Assembly: GCA_964016885.1 (NCBI GenBank)
Contig: OZ024740.1
Location: 130,324,001 to 130,388,000, forward strand
Source: Eledone cirrhosa
Lineage: Eukaryota
DNA: 64,000 nt
Direction: 5' to 3'
Below, in pieces: positions 17,276-29,850 of the stretch (positions within the stretch are counted from its first letter, which is position 1; each line of letters opens with the position of its first letter). Made by a program: the position numbers and the translations under genes. The notes beneath the pieces are model-generated. The model ran no database searches and was not told where the DNA came from. It saw only the letters and a list, made by a program, of their open reading frames with translations.

Positions 17276-17409
17276 CAATATATAAACAGTTTTAAAAATA
17301 ATTTTGACGTACCCTATTAGATGCAACCATTATTTTTAGAAGCTTCCAAAAATAATGGTTGCATCTAATAGGGTACGTCAAAATTATTTTTAAAACTGTT
17401 TATATATTG

Positions 17410-17474
17410 TATTTTTTCTGATGAAGGCATACCATATTTTAATTTGGTATCCCTGAAATATGTATAATGAAATA
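17410..17474 (+). ncRNA. Type I hammerhead ribozyme (family A), intact core
   Basis: UAUUUUUU-CUGAUGA-AGG..AUACCA..UGGUAU..CCU-GAAA-U-AUGU-A-UA/AUGAAAUA. Predicted cleavage after 17466. Confidence 0.75.
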
Positions 17475-17602
17475 AATATGGTTTTATAAATATAGCTTCC
17501 ATTTATTTAATATCGTATATCTACTCCAAAAACTTGTCGAGTGCTTTATATCAGTTATAAATTATTTACTTTTTGTATCCCAACAATTTTAAGTAGAACT
17601 TT

Positions 17603-17642
<40 letters not shown>

Positions 17643-17959
17643 CATACACATATATATATACATATATATATAGACACACATATACATACATACACGTACA
17701 TATATACGGGCACATGCATCTATCAATATGTGCGAACCATTGGAAAGTAGTTCAGAAGCAGAAACAACTAGATAAATAAATAAGATTAAAAAAATAAAAA
17801 CAAAACAAAAAAAAAATATATATATATATATATATAAGAGAAACAAAATCAAAATCATAATAAATAAAAAAAAAGACCTGTTGACAACGAAGTGTGTGTG
17901 GAGGGAGGGGTGGTTTAATAAATACAAACAACTTAAAAATAAACAAATACACACGAAAC

Positions 17960-18023
<64 letters not shown>

Positions 18024-18079
18024 ACCTATACAAACATACAAACACACACATATATGTATATATATATAAAGAAATATAT

Positions 18080-18132
<53 letters not shown>

Positions 18133-18390
18133 TACATATATATACACATATACATACATACATATACACACATACACATATATACACATACAAAAACACA
18201 ATAAATTAGAAAGATGAATCTCATAGGTACATGACCCACGTACATACTTACACACGCGCGCGCGTGCACACACACACAATAACAAATGAACATATGCATA
18301 GATATAAACATATACAACAATCCATACACACATATATACACATATACACAAATATACATATATACACACACACACACACATATATATACA

Positions 18391-18437
<47 letters not shown>

Positions 18438-18494
18438 TATATACAATATATATATATACAATATATATATATATATATAATATACAATATATAT

Positions 18495-18960
18495 ATACAT
18501 TGATATTAAATAAATGGAAACTATATTTATAAAACAATATTTATTCTATTATATTAATTTCAAGGGTACCAAAACTTTGGTCCGCCATCATCAGACAAAA
18601 TACTAAGTGTGTTTTATAAATTTTTATATATATAGTTTCCATTTATTTAATATCATTGTATATTATACTCCAGAAAACTGTAGTGTGCTCTGAATCAGTT
18701 ATAAACATTTATATTTGTTGAATTACCAACAAATCGAATATCCCTTCTGCTTAAATATATATCTATATATATATATATATAACCATATTTATTTTATTAT
18801 ACATATTACAAGGGCAACCAACGCAAATTATAGTGTGCTTTCATCAGATAAAATACAGATTGTTTTATAAATAAATATTGACATACCCGGAAAAAAACAA
18901 CATTAACTGTTGGAGTTTCCTGGATAGTGGAGATAATACATTTATTGAGAGTAATACACA
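18495..18960 (-). mobile_element. Cluster of family A pLTR fragments with two hammerheads (18542-18602; 18790-18855, GAAA mutated to GUAA)
   Basis: Both contain minus-strand CUGAUGA with the UAUUUURU/AUARAAUA stem I. A plus-oriented pLTR piece lies at 18628-18755. Confidence 0.75.
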
Positions 18961-19547
18961 ATTATGAGTGAGTATGAAAAGATAACGATTTATTTCAATT
19001 AAACTGTTGGAAGAAGGTGAGGGACAGTGAACAAAATAGAAAAAAAAGAAAAAAATAGAAAAAAGAAAAAAGGAAGGAGAAGATAGAAGAGGAAAGAAAG
19101 AACGATTATATATATTGATAGTGAAAATAGAATGTATGAAGAGATAAATATAGACAGCGTATATATATCTAAAAGAGAGAAGAAATGAGAATAACGTGGA
19201 ATAATAATATTTATAATGCAGTATTCATTACGTTTTGATTATAATACTTATAATGATAGGTTGAAAAATTAGATTAAAATTAAATTAAAATTAACAATTA
19301 GAAATCAAAATTAAAGATTAAAATTTACTTTATATTAAAGATTTAATTTAATAATTTAATATTAATAATTAGTTTAAGGATTATAAATTATTTAAATAAA
19401 TATATAGTATTTTACATTAGAGCAAAACTAATATAGATTATTTTATTAAAAGTTGTAAGTGAAAATTTAAACATCCAAGTAATTCTGAATTTATGAAAAT
19501 TTACGAGAACTTACAAAAGAAAAACCATTTAGTTATATTATAAAAAC

Positions 19548-19628
19548 AGTAAGGAAGTGTAAAGGAAGTTAGAAGTGATTTTTTATGAATAGTAAGGAAG
19601 TGTAAAGGAAGTTAGAAGTGATTTTTTA
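19548..19628. repeat. ~43-bp tandem duplication
   Basis: agtaaggaagtgtaaaggaagttagaagtgatttttta occurs at 19548 and 19591. Confidence 0.9.
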
Positions 19629-19644
19629 AGAACTAAGTTGGCTC

Positions 19645-19950
19645 TAAGGATTAAATGTTATAAATTTACAAAGTTAAACATTTTTTATCTTAAGAATATA
19701 ATTAAAACATGAAACATATGTTATTTTATACGAAGTCATACATTTACTTGGTATAAAGTTAAAACGTTAACATTAAAATTAAAACATAAAAAAAATGTAC
19801 TTTAAGAATATGTTTAAAGAATAAACCATAGGTTATTCCACATATATATAAAACAACCTTCGTATAAAATAACATATGGTTCATGCTTTAATTATATTCT
19901 TAAGATAAAAAATGTTTAACTTTGTAACTTTATAACATTTGATCCTTATA
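19645..19950. repeat. Inverted repeat with ~93-bp arms at a PLE terminus
   Basis: 19645-19735 is the reverse complement of 19858-19949. Confidence 0.85.
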
Positions 19951-20760
19951 AACAGGTAAGGGACAAAAGGGGTGTAAATGTTGTGGTAGAGAGTGAGTGT
20001 TTGTAAAGAGATCTGGATAAGGGTATATAGTTAAAAAGTGATCTGCGTAAAGGACGAAGGTGGTGGGTGTGTATGTGTTAAAGGTATGGTATAAAATATG
20101 GGGGGGGGGTTACAAGTCAAATGAAACAAATAAAAAAAGTATAAAGAAAAAGATGAGGGAGATAAAAAGTATATATTGGTAGAAAGTATGTGATCATAAG
20201 GTGAAGATATTGGTAGTGAGTGGACGGCGTGATAAGTAATGAACAAGCTCAGGGTGGTTGAGTAATCGTTGGTGTGTTAAAAAGTAGATGCTATTTCAAG
20301 TGCGATCAACATCTAAAGATCACTGAGTTGAGAAAAGTGGGAGGGGTTTTCAAGTTTTGGAGATTTTCAGAATTTTTCCTTATTACACAAAGAACATTTC
20401 TTTGTGCCCCTTTGGTATTCTCTTGAATGGTCTAATATAGACCAATCAATAGTGTACGGAATGTTTTTGTCTATAAACTCCCACACTTTATTTGCCAACG
20501 CCGTTGCTGTTCTTTTTCAGGGCGTTTGAAAGAAGCCACATGTGCATAGTACTTGGTTTTAAATCTGTCCTGAGTTATGCCAACATATTGTTCCCGCCTG
20601 GCTAGCTGGTTATTAATCATCGGTGTCAATTTGGCCTCAATACACAATAGATTTGGCATTACATTTACCCTGTAATCGGCATTCTTTCCGGCTTCCTGCA
20701 ACTGCATCGAGGATTTAATCTAGTACCATCAGAGTTGGTAATTTTAATTTTCATTGATGG
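19950..20760 (-). mobile_element. PLE 3' end with degraded GIY-YIG
   Basis: ORF 20471..20707 contains QYVGITQDRFKTKYYAHVASF; downstream reads YTIDWSIL. Confidence 0.75.
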
Positions 20761-20786
20761 GCAGCATGTGTAGTATATATACTCAT

Positions 20787-21140
20787 CTAAATGTTTTTAA
20801 TTGAACATACGGTATATTGCCAAATATACTATACATACATCCATGTATACATCACTATTTCAGAACACCAATCCTGATTCCTAATTTTTGCTGGACCGGC
20901 AATCGCTCTGTATAATCGGCTCCTGATTATTACGGGAAATCTATAAGAATCCAGCTTCTATAACATTCAGCTGAAGCATAGGAAGGCGTGGTTCTGATGA
21001 ACGCCAACCAGCATGAAACAGACTGAAAACCTCTCTCCCTTCATTCGCCGGAAATAAGTAAAACTGATAGCGTATGGTCTTCTAAATGTTAATTAAACAT
21101 ACGGTATATTGTCAAATATACCATACATACATCCATATAT
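20787..21140 (+). mobile_element. ~295-nt unit with ~60-bp terminal direct repeat and degenerate hammerhead (20990-21031)
   Basis: GGUU-CUGAUGA-…-GAAA-CAG-A-CUG-AA/AACC. The segment at 20787-20850 is repeated at 21082-21140. Confidence 0.55.
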
Positions 21141-21309
21141 ATATATATATATATATATATCTTTTTAGACAACTCTATCAGTGATACAATTGTACGACTG
21201 CAAATAAATCCCCTTTTTTTTGTACTGTTGACCATGATATTCTACACTTTTTCAATTTTATTACTCCGAGATAAACTTACATAGGAATACAAGTGAAATC
21301 AGAAACTCG

Positions 21310-21351
<42 letters not shown>

Positions 21352-21364
21352 TTGTTATATAATG

Positions 21365-21600
21365 ACACATGGGTTAGTGGTTAGGGATTTGGGTATATAA
21401 TCCTTATGTCGTGAATTCCTTTCCGACCTCGGTCGTCGTGTTGTGTCCTTAAGCACCACATTTAATATCATGCTGCAGTTTACTCAGCTGAAGCAATGAG
21501 TTTTGACGTCACTGCTGCCAAATTGTATCGGCCTTTGCTTTTCCTTGTGAAACATCAATGGTGTGGAGAGGGGGAGACTGGTATGCATGAGTGACAGCCT
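21365..21600 (+). mobile_element. Degraded tRNA-derived SINE
   Basis: A-box-like ggttagtggttag plus a gttgtgtccttaagca core similar to the 41593 copy. Confidence 0.55.
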
Positions 21601-22415
21601 CGAGGTGGAACGTCCTAGTTTATTCGACACAACGTATGCATCACTAGTCATCATATAAAACAAAATGCAGCTAACATAAAGCATATACACATATTTCTCT
21701 CTCTCTATCTGCCTATCTCTATATATCTCTCTATCTATCTATCTATCTATCTATCTATGTATATATATATATCTTCCTCTCTCCCTCTCTATCTCTCTCT
21801 CTCTTTCCATATATATATACATATATAGATATATAGATAGATAGATAGATAGACACACACATACAGGTAATTAATTAATTGATTATTGATTGATTAATTA
21901 TTTGTGTTTATTTGATAACATGGTCGAGAGCTTCAATTCATAGGCCGTGAATTGATTGCTTTGTTCGAATTTGCCCACCAAAAACCAAGATGTGATTATT
22001 TCTCATTCCTTGAGAAACAACTCGTGACCCCTGCTGCAATTGTTGACACTATAGTGTTCGCAGCAGTCACATTGTATCGAGCGGTTGGCACAAAGAAGGA
22101 AATCCCTGTTGATAAAGTTTGTCCACGTTCGATCTTCAGACAGTACAAACTTTCACATTGCGTAATTTGGATTGTCGATATAGGATTCGCAGAATTTATA
22201 ATATCTTTCGAATAGTTCCAGGTTCATATTAACCTATATTTTCGTGGTTGAAGTGGCGGTTGTGGCATTATTTTACCTAGCCACAGTTTTCTATTTGTCA
22301 CACGTTTAATGTATGTTTATTACTCTAAGATTTAATTCATCGATTTATCGATATCATCATTTAGATAGCTTGTGCCAGATTTGCATTAATTGCAACTTTG
22401 ATTTTACTCACTATC

Positions 22416-22535
<120 letters not shown>

Positions 22536-22728
22536 GCTGTCGTCTGTTCTACAGTGTGGATGTAATTCACTTCGCGCAGAAGTTTTGTTCAAATTTATTG
22601 CGGAAATTTTGTGAGTTCAAATTTAATGTTGATACTATTGTGTAGCTTGACCCCCCGTCTGAACTGTCAGGCGGTGGGTCAACTCATCTTTACCCCTCCT
22701 AGAGGTGAAAAACCTGTTTTAAAAAATT

Positions 22729-24665
22729 TTGTGGCAAAAAAATTTCAATCGTCTGACAGAAATGTTAAACGAAGCGAACGAAAATAGTGGTGGGGGGACA
22801 GCGGTAAGAGTTGTAAACTCGCACGCTTTAGTCCCCCCTTCCTTCCCAACTAACGTCATAGAGAAGGGAGGAAAAAATAAAATAAAAACAGACGAATCTG
22901 CGGAGAAAAATGACGAAAACACAAATCTGGACATGGATTCCAACAACGAAAAAAAGAAATTTGAAAAATTGCATGACAATACTAATACCACAAACAAAGA
23001 CACAACAAACACAAAAATAACATTTAAAAATAACACCATAACAGAAAGCAAAGCAGACGACAGAGTCAACAAGATTTAATTTGCACAAACAACAAAGAAA
23101 TCTTTGACATATATACCTGAAATTATTTCAGATGTGGCACGAAGAATCACAGACGCCAAACAATACATAAGTAAAGGAGAGACTGGTATTTTATCGGTAA
23201 AAATGCCTCAAGAACTCACCAAAGACATTGAAAGTCGAACGGTCGTGTTCCGCACCATCAACAACACTTCAAAAAAACCTGAACAGCCAACTCAAGCAGA
23301 TATCAAAACAGTACTCACAGAAGTACTTAATGAAACCACTTTCATAAGAAAAGACAGACTGCATGGAAGCCTAGCAATTATTATGAAGAACGAATCGGCG
23401 GCAAAAAATTGTGCTTTGTCACCGATTCGTTCGAAAATGTTTACCTTTTATCCATCTTATATGGGTAAAATAACTCAACGCATATGGCTCGATGCAATGA
23501 TGCCAGATGTGGACTACTGTTGGCTCATAGCTGGCTTCATCGATCCAGTGAATGACAACGTGATTTCCATTGGGAAAACCACAGGCAATGCGTTCAGTGG
23601 AACATGTATAGAGCTGGTAGTGCAAATGAAGCCTGAACGCATCGCCCAAATACCCGACAGAATCCTATTAGAGGGCCACGGGTATATAAACTTTAGCGTG
23701 GAGGGGAGAAGGCCGTCCTGTCATATCTGTGCAGGCAGAGGGCACCTGAAGGCCGCTTGTCCCCAACTCAACAAAAAGAAAACCCTGCTACCAACACCAG
23801 CTCCACCACCACCACCACAACAGATAAACAAACAACAAAACTCAGTCCCACCCAACCCTTCCCTCAGTAAAACTACACCACCACCACAACACAAACAGTC
23901 ACAACACATTACCCTAAAACAAAATACAGGCCCACCCAACCCCTCACTCAATAAAACAACACAACCACCGCAGACACAACACACAACACAGTCTAACATA
24001 GTGACATCCATCTCCCCCACAAAGAAAACCAACACGGAAACATTACCAGCAAACATACCTCTTCCCTCCAACACTGAAGATAACCCAACGAATTCGGAGG
24101 AAGAAACGGAGTCCTTCAGACAGATTAAAAGGAAAAAAAGAAAACATGTGCAAAACACACAAGGCCATACAACCCCCACCCAAATGTCAACACAATCCAA
24201 CAAAACAGAAAACACCCCTCCAGCAACAAAAAAACCAAACCTGCCCCTCCCCTCTTCGAAACACTCACACCATCCGAAAAAAAGACATTACACTATACTT
24301 ACATCAACAGAAACAATAATAAATTAAATGAACTCATATACAATAATCCTTCGGTACAAACCGAAGGTGTAAACTTTGTTTCTTCAGAAAACTACCCACA
24401 TTTAAAATTAATAAAGATCCCAATGAACCTCTACCAAAAACTAAAAAAGGATTTTAAGGAGGACGTAGGACCACCCTCTGTCAAACCCATAAACCGCGTC
24501 CTACTAAAAAGCTTTCCCCCTCCCCTTCCCCTCCCCAACACAACTCCAAACACCCCAACCCCACCACACACTGACGACCCCACACCACCACAAGACACCC
24601 CTTCACCCAACACCCCCGACCCCATGCAAGTCGTGCGACTCGAACCCCGGGAAGCGGAAAGGTAG
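22729..24665 (+). pseudogene. Tx1-like ORF1 (gag-like, CCHC zinc knuckle, Pro/Thr-rich tail) with stops
   Basis: VEGRRPSCHICAGRGHLKAACP in ORF 23104..24327; in-frame stop at 23079 and a frameshift near 24327. Confidence 0.8.
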
Positions 24666-24698
24666 GTCTCTACACTCTCCTTTGGCTCTGCCGCCCAC

Positions 24699-27309
24699 AT
24701 GGATGTGTTAAGAGTAGGATGTTTGAATGCACGTGGCCTGGGCTCAACTTGGAAGCAAGCAAAGCTTCTAAATGACCTCAGGTCATGTGGTATAAATGTA
24801 ATGGTTATCTGTGAGACTCGAATCAGCGTCGTGCGGCAGCTGGCTCCTACTTCGATGACTTTGAGGTGCATGCATCTCTCTGTCAACCTGGAGGTGGGGG
24901 TGGGTTTGTCGTACTGCTGCAAAAACACCTGGTCTTGCCGTACAGGTTGTGCACTCGGACCCGGAGTGTCGTTTGTTGGTGCTAGACGTTGGCAGTAGTG
25001 AAGGTGCGGCCTTTAGACTGGTCGCCGTCTACTCCCCTTTCCGAGCTGAACGGCCCGACTTCTTCCAGCGTTTGGAGACTTTTCTGGGAACGTCGCGTTC
25101 CCTGCTTCTAGCGGGGGATTGGAATGACATCCTAGATGCACGTTGGGACTATGCAAGAGCATGTCCTAATAGAGGGGGGTGTAACAGCCTCAAGGGGTTA
25201 CTCGACCGTTTTAACTTGGTCGATAGATATCGACTAGATTTTCCAACTGTGCCTACCTGGACTTGGAGAAACCACAGTGGTCAATCTAGATCGTACTTAG
25301 ATAGATTATTAGTTAGAAGTAAGGATAGGGACATATTAAGCTGTCCAGAAATGCGCACGGTTGGCTACACGGATCAAAAATTAGTGACCTGCGTAGTCAA
25401 TCTCGAGAAAACACATAAACAGGGTCCCGGTTACTGGAAACTTAATTTGTCTTTACCGGCAAAAGAGACTTACAGAAACCGGATTAGCAGATTAGTTAAG
25501 GAGAGGTTGACGGGTGCAATCGTCAACAACCGATGGTGGGCATCTCCACCTCATGCGATACATCATAGAGAGGGTAGGGCGAAAACCCGGCTTCGGTCTG
25601 GTCCTGGTCAAATTGGATCAGTCTAAGGCTTTCGATAAGGTTAACCATCGTTATCTGGATGCGGTGATGGAGGCTGCAGGCTTCGGACCCGGGTTCAGGG
25701 GCTGGATTGCTGCAATGCACAGCAGCAACATCTGCTCAAGGGTCGAGGTGAACGGCTACCTCTCGGAGCCGTTCCATATCACGCGATCCATCCGAAAGGG
25801 ATGCCCTCTCTCATCCCTTCTGTACGTGCTGACATCGAGGCACTGCTGCGGAGGCTGGAGCTATTGTAGGGGATCCCTTTGGAACCAGGACTGCGAGAAG
25901 CGGCGTAGGCTTACGCCGACGACGTGACACTAATGGTGTCGAGCACCTCGCAAATCGGGGAGGTCGGTACCTTACTGAAGGAATACGAAAGGTTCACAGT
26001 AGCGAAACTGCACCGGGACAAATCCGTCGGTTTGCAACTCGGAACGGGGAAAAGCAAACCAATGCCTTCCGATGGCGTCGTCGGACGCTACACGGAAGGA
26101 CCGGTAAAGCTGCTCAGGGTCTGGTTTGGTCGGGACCCTAGGTGGAGAAGGACTGGAACGAGATGATGGCTAAGTTGTTTGCGCTCACCCAGAAGTGGGC
26201 CGAGTGCAAACTATCCTTGAATGGTCGAGCGGAGGGGCGAACACTTTTATAGCGTCCCTCATCTACTACCGCTTGACCTTTGCGCCTTGTTCAGCCAAAA
26301 CGCTCCCAACAATGGAGCGCGCGCTCTTCCAATTCCTTTGGAAGAAGCGGGCTCCTTTGGTGAGAAGATCCATCTGCAAGACAACACCTTTCAAACGGAA
26401 GGCTTGGGTTGGTGTGACTGACGATGCGCAAACACGCGCTCAGGCTGCGTCACCTCCACGTATTCTTCACCAGACAACCGGTGTGGAGCCAGTTCGTGAC
26501 ACGAGCATTCCCACGACTCGTTACGCTGACCGAGCTGCAGTCCTGGGTCAAGCAAAGACCGAGGAAAATGGGATACTGGCACATTGAATGTGCTCAGGGG
26601 CTCACAGAATTCTGGCAGGCGGCCCCGGCGTTCAGTGGAGACTCCCCTTCGTCATTCTATAGGGGGATAGTCTGCTGCAAGTGCGATGATGCGCTCGGAG
26701 AAACTCTAGGCGTAGAGGAAGACGAACTGGCCAGTCTGTTCGGTAGAACCTTCCGCCCGAGACCGATGGACAACTTTCAGATGTCCCTTGCCTGGCAGTG
26801 CTACCGAGGAGCTCTACCAGTTCGAGACAAACTCTACAGACACAGGCGCCCGGGCAGGGCCCCTTCGAAAAAGATCTCTCCGAGATGCGTGCGCGACGAG
26901 GAAACGGTCGCGCAGGCATTTGTACATTGCCCGGGCGTTACCGACCTGTGAGGCTATGTAGACCGACTATGTCGCGAGAGGGTGGGGGTGGGGGGACCAA
27001 TCCAGTTGACCAGCGAGTCCATTGTCATGATCAAATAGCCACCCTCTTTCAAAAACAAAGGAGCGGCGGTTTTCCTATCTGTTATGGCTATGGTGAAAGA
27101 GGGTATATGCTGGTCGAGGTTAAAAGGGCTCCGGTCAGACACCTTTCTCTCCGGCCAACAACTGATTCGTTGTTTCAAATATCTTTTTGAAGAAAAATCA
27201 GGATGGAGAGTGTGGTGCTGTACCCCAGCAAATTTAATAAAAGGTGGGTGAATGTGGCAAAAATGGCCCGAGAGGTTGGGCCTTCTCTCTATATTACCTG
27301 TATGTTTAG
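24699..27309 (+). pseudogene. Tx1-like ORF2 (APE endonuclease + RT), frameshifted
   Basis: APE motifs VGCLNARGL, CETR, LAGDWNDIL, SYLDRLLV and GPGYWKLN. RT motifs LDQSKAFDKVNH, SIRKGCPLS and AYADD. C-terminal EETVAQAFVHC. Confidence 0.9.
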
Positions 27310-27547
27310 GAAAAAGAGAAAGAGAGGAGGGGAGTACTCAAAATTGGCGCTCGTGGAGATGAGGGTTGTACATTTTTCGGGGTGTGTACAACCCCTGTGT
27401 AACGACTTGAGAAATTTCAATTATTATTTGTTATTTTATTAATAGTTTATTTTCATATACTTGTATGTAAAATCCCCATTGTATTTATCCCCTTCTTTTC
27501 TGCTCTTGTGGCTAATAAAGAAAGTTATCTATCTATGTATCTATCTA

Positions 27548-27613
<66 letters not shown>

Positions 27614-27677
27614 TCTCTCTCTCCCTCCCTCTCTCTCTATATATCTATCTAATTATCTATCTATATATATATATATA

Positions 27678-28087
27678 TGGTGGCTGCCAACTCGTTTTCG
27701 AGTACGGCCACTACTTTATATCCATGTAGGAGAACCCCTACCGATGCGCTGAAAAAGTGTGACTTTTTAGTCCAGCCAGCGACTTGAAAACTCTGGTACA
27801 AAGACTACACATATGACAATTACTGACAGATTGTACTGGGCCCATGGTATCATGTGACGACAAGTGCAGAGAGATCTCCAGATATAAAGGAATGCCTGTG
27901 CCGTGAAGCTTTTATAGTGAGCAAAGGGACTTCACAAAGCCAGTCCCACTCTCTCAACCAAGATGATATTTACCAAAAAGAAGAATAAGTCAATATCATT
28001 GAAAACCATCAGGCTTCAGGTGTTATATCAGAGTTTTCGTTCTCCTACAATTCTGCATTGACAAAGTCTAAGGGGTCATCTCTCACG
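27678..28087 (-). mobile_element. RTE-derived non-autonomous element, 5'-truncated
   Basis: Reverse complement of 34495-34900. Confidence 0.75.
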
Positions 28088-28089
28088 GT

Positions 28090-29850
28090 GTTATGTTTCC
28101 AATAAGAAACACACGCACCAGTTGATTTCACTTCAATTTATTATAAATTAAATTTATAAATTTAGGAATTTATAAATTTCCGGTTGGTTGGTTGGTTCCA
28201 CAACCAGACGATTGTTCATATATTGTCAAAGTTATTTCGTCACACATTCTGTGACCTCTTCAGTGAATGGGGATTCTTCTCTTTGTTTTTGTGCCTCTGC
28301 TTTGTTCTGTCCTATGCTAGGGTGTTAAAACTTGTTGCAAGGAGATCCGGAGCACGGTTTCACTCCTCATCCTTAACCCATCTGAATAAGGATATTTTTA
28401 AGCGATGTGAGCAACTTATCGCTGTTTCAGATCTGCTGTTGATGAGCTCGTGGCGTGCAGTATGATGTGGTAGAGCTCCATGATTCAAAGATCGCACTTC
28501 CTCTTGAAGTTGTACGGTGCAGCCCTGCCCATAATGTCCCAGTGCGTGGATAAGCTGATGTTTATGTCCTTCAGTGATGTGATGTAGTCCGGGAGCGAAG
28601 TGGAGTGTCTTAGTTTTTTTTTATTTGTGAAAGAGTGGAGATTTGTTCGAAACCTAATTTTGAACGGACGGGAGGTAGCCTCTATATATTTTTTAACGCT
28701 ATTGTGGCTAGTTCCAATAATCTATATACAACCCTATCAGTCAAGCAGTATCCTCTAAGGGGGCAGCACCTCTGTCACGGCAGTTGCAATTTTTGTCGCG
28801 GTTCCATCCATTTCCCACGTTAAGGCTATCATTGTTGCTGCCTACGTTGTTATCTACGCTCCCGCAGCTGTCGTTAGCACCATTACAACCCACAGCACGC
28901 GGGGTGGTGCGATTGTTATTCCGCACGTCATGTCATGCATGTTCCCCAGTCATTTCGCGGTTATGCTGGTTGTGTCTGCGGAGGCCGTTGCCAACACTAC
29001 TGGAGGCTACTAGGGAGTTGTTAGGGCCGATATAGTGATTGTCAGTCGTAGATGCGTCTGTGTCGAGGTGCTGTATCTTGGTGATATTACTGTGGTTCGT
29101 TGTTCCTATGATGTCTGCTAGGTTAGTAGTAGAGGAGGATATGTTTATATTGTTCCTATTAAACATTTGTATATACCTATAGTTGGGCGGGAAGTTCTTC
29201 TCTAAGGCTTCGAAGAATATCCGGGGTATGTTGGAGGCCACACTCCGAGATTAGGGGGCTGGGGGCGGAACCATAGGACATTACGGTGGCGATTACGTGT
29301 CCTTGTACGTTTGCTACGAATGGTTCCATCTAGGTGAACGTTCTTATGTATGTTAATGCTATGTAGCCCGTTAGGTGCCCCTTTCACTTTATGCTCGGGT
29401 GCACTCTTCTTCCCGCTTCCATCTTTATGTACAGGAAGATGTTGGTTGGAAGGCGTTGGTAGTAGGCCGTCGCTTTTGATGATTTTGTAGTAGGGGAATA
29501 GTTCGAGTAAACGACAGTGGTCACCGTCACCGGGGTCGTGATCTTTAGTGCGATTATCTATTCTATTATATCCGACTACAACGAGGTCGCCGCGTGATCG
29601 GTTATAGGTATGGCTTACTATAACGTTCGTTTTATGAGGGGGGGGGGTTCTAGAGCTAGCGTTAGTGATGTAGGAAATTCCTCGATTAAAGCCGGCGCTT
29701 ATCAAGGCCCTATTGTAGTAATCTGTCGCTTGGTTGAAGATATCCTCATTGGCGGATAGCTTCGTGATTCTATGTGAGATACTATAGACTATGGAGTTGA
29801 GAATCTCCTTAGGGTGGTTGGAGGCATAATTAATATAAGAGAGGCACTCT
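28090..29850 (-). mobile_element. Naiad-type PLE 3' half (inverted arm), degenerate HHR at 28226-28266
   Basis: Reverse-complement match to 30120-31645; NVLWF, KNFPPNYRY and CNCRDRG motifs. Minus-strand CUGAAGA-G-GUCACA..UGUGAC-GAAA. Confidence 0.85.

Larger units (their letters stand above)
17165..17520. repeat. Near-perfect 356-bp palindrome of family A pLTR
   Basis: Axis at 17342/17343 (…tagaagcttccaa…). The ~178-bp arms show only about two mismatches. Confidence 0.95.
22536..27525 (+). mobile_element. Near full-length Tx1/L1-clade LINE with internal deletion
   Basis: 5' UTR, ORF1 and ORF2 (APE, RT, C-terminal Cys motif) are present, with AATAAA at 27514. (TATC)n flanks both sides. Confidence 0.9.

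Noticed and set aside
23104-24327. Intact 407-aa host gene
   Set aside because: It is a fragment of Tx1 ORF1 bounded by a premature stop and a frameshift.
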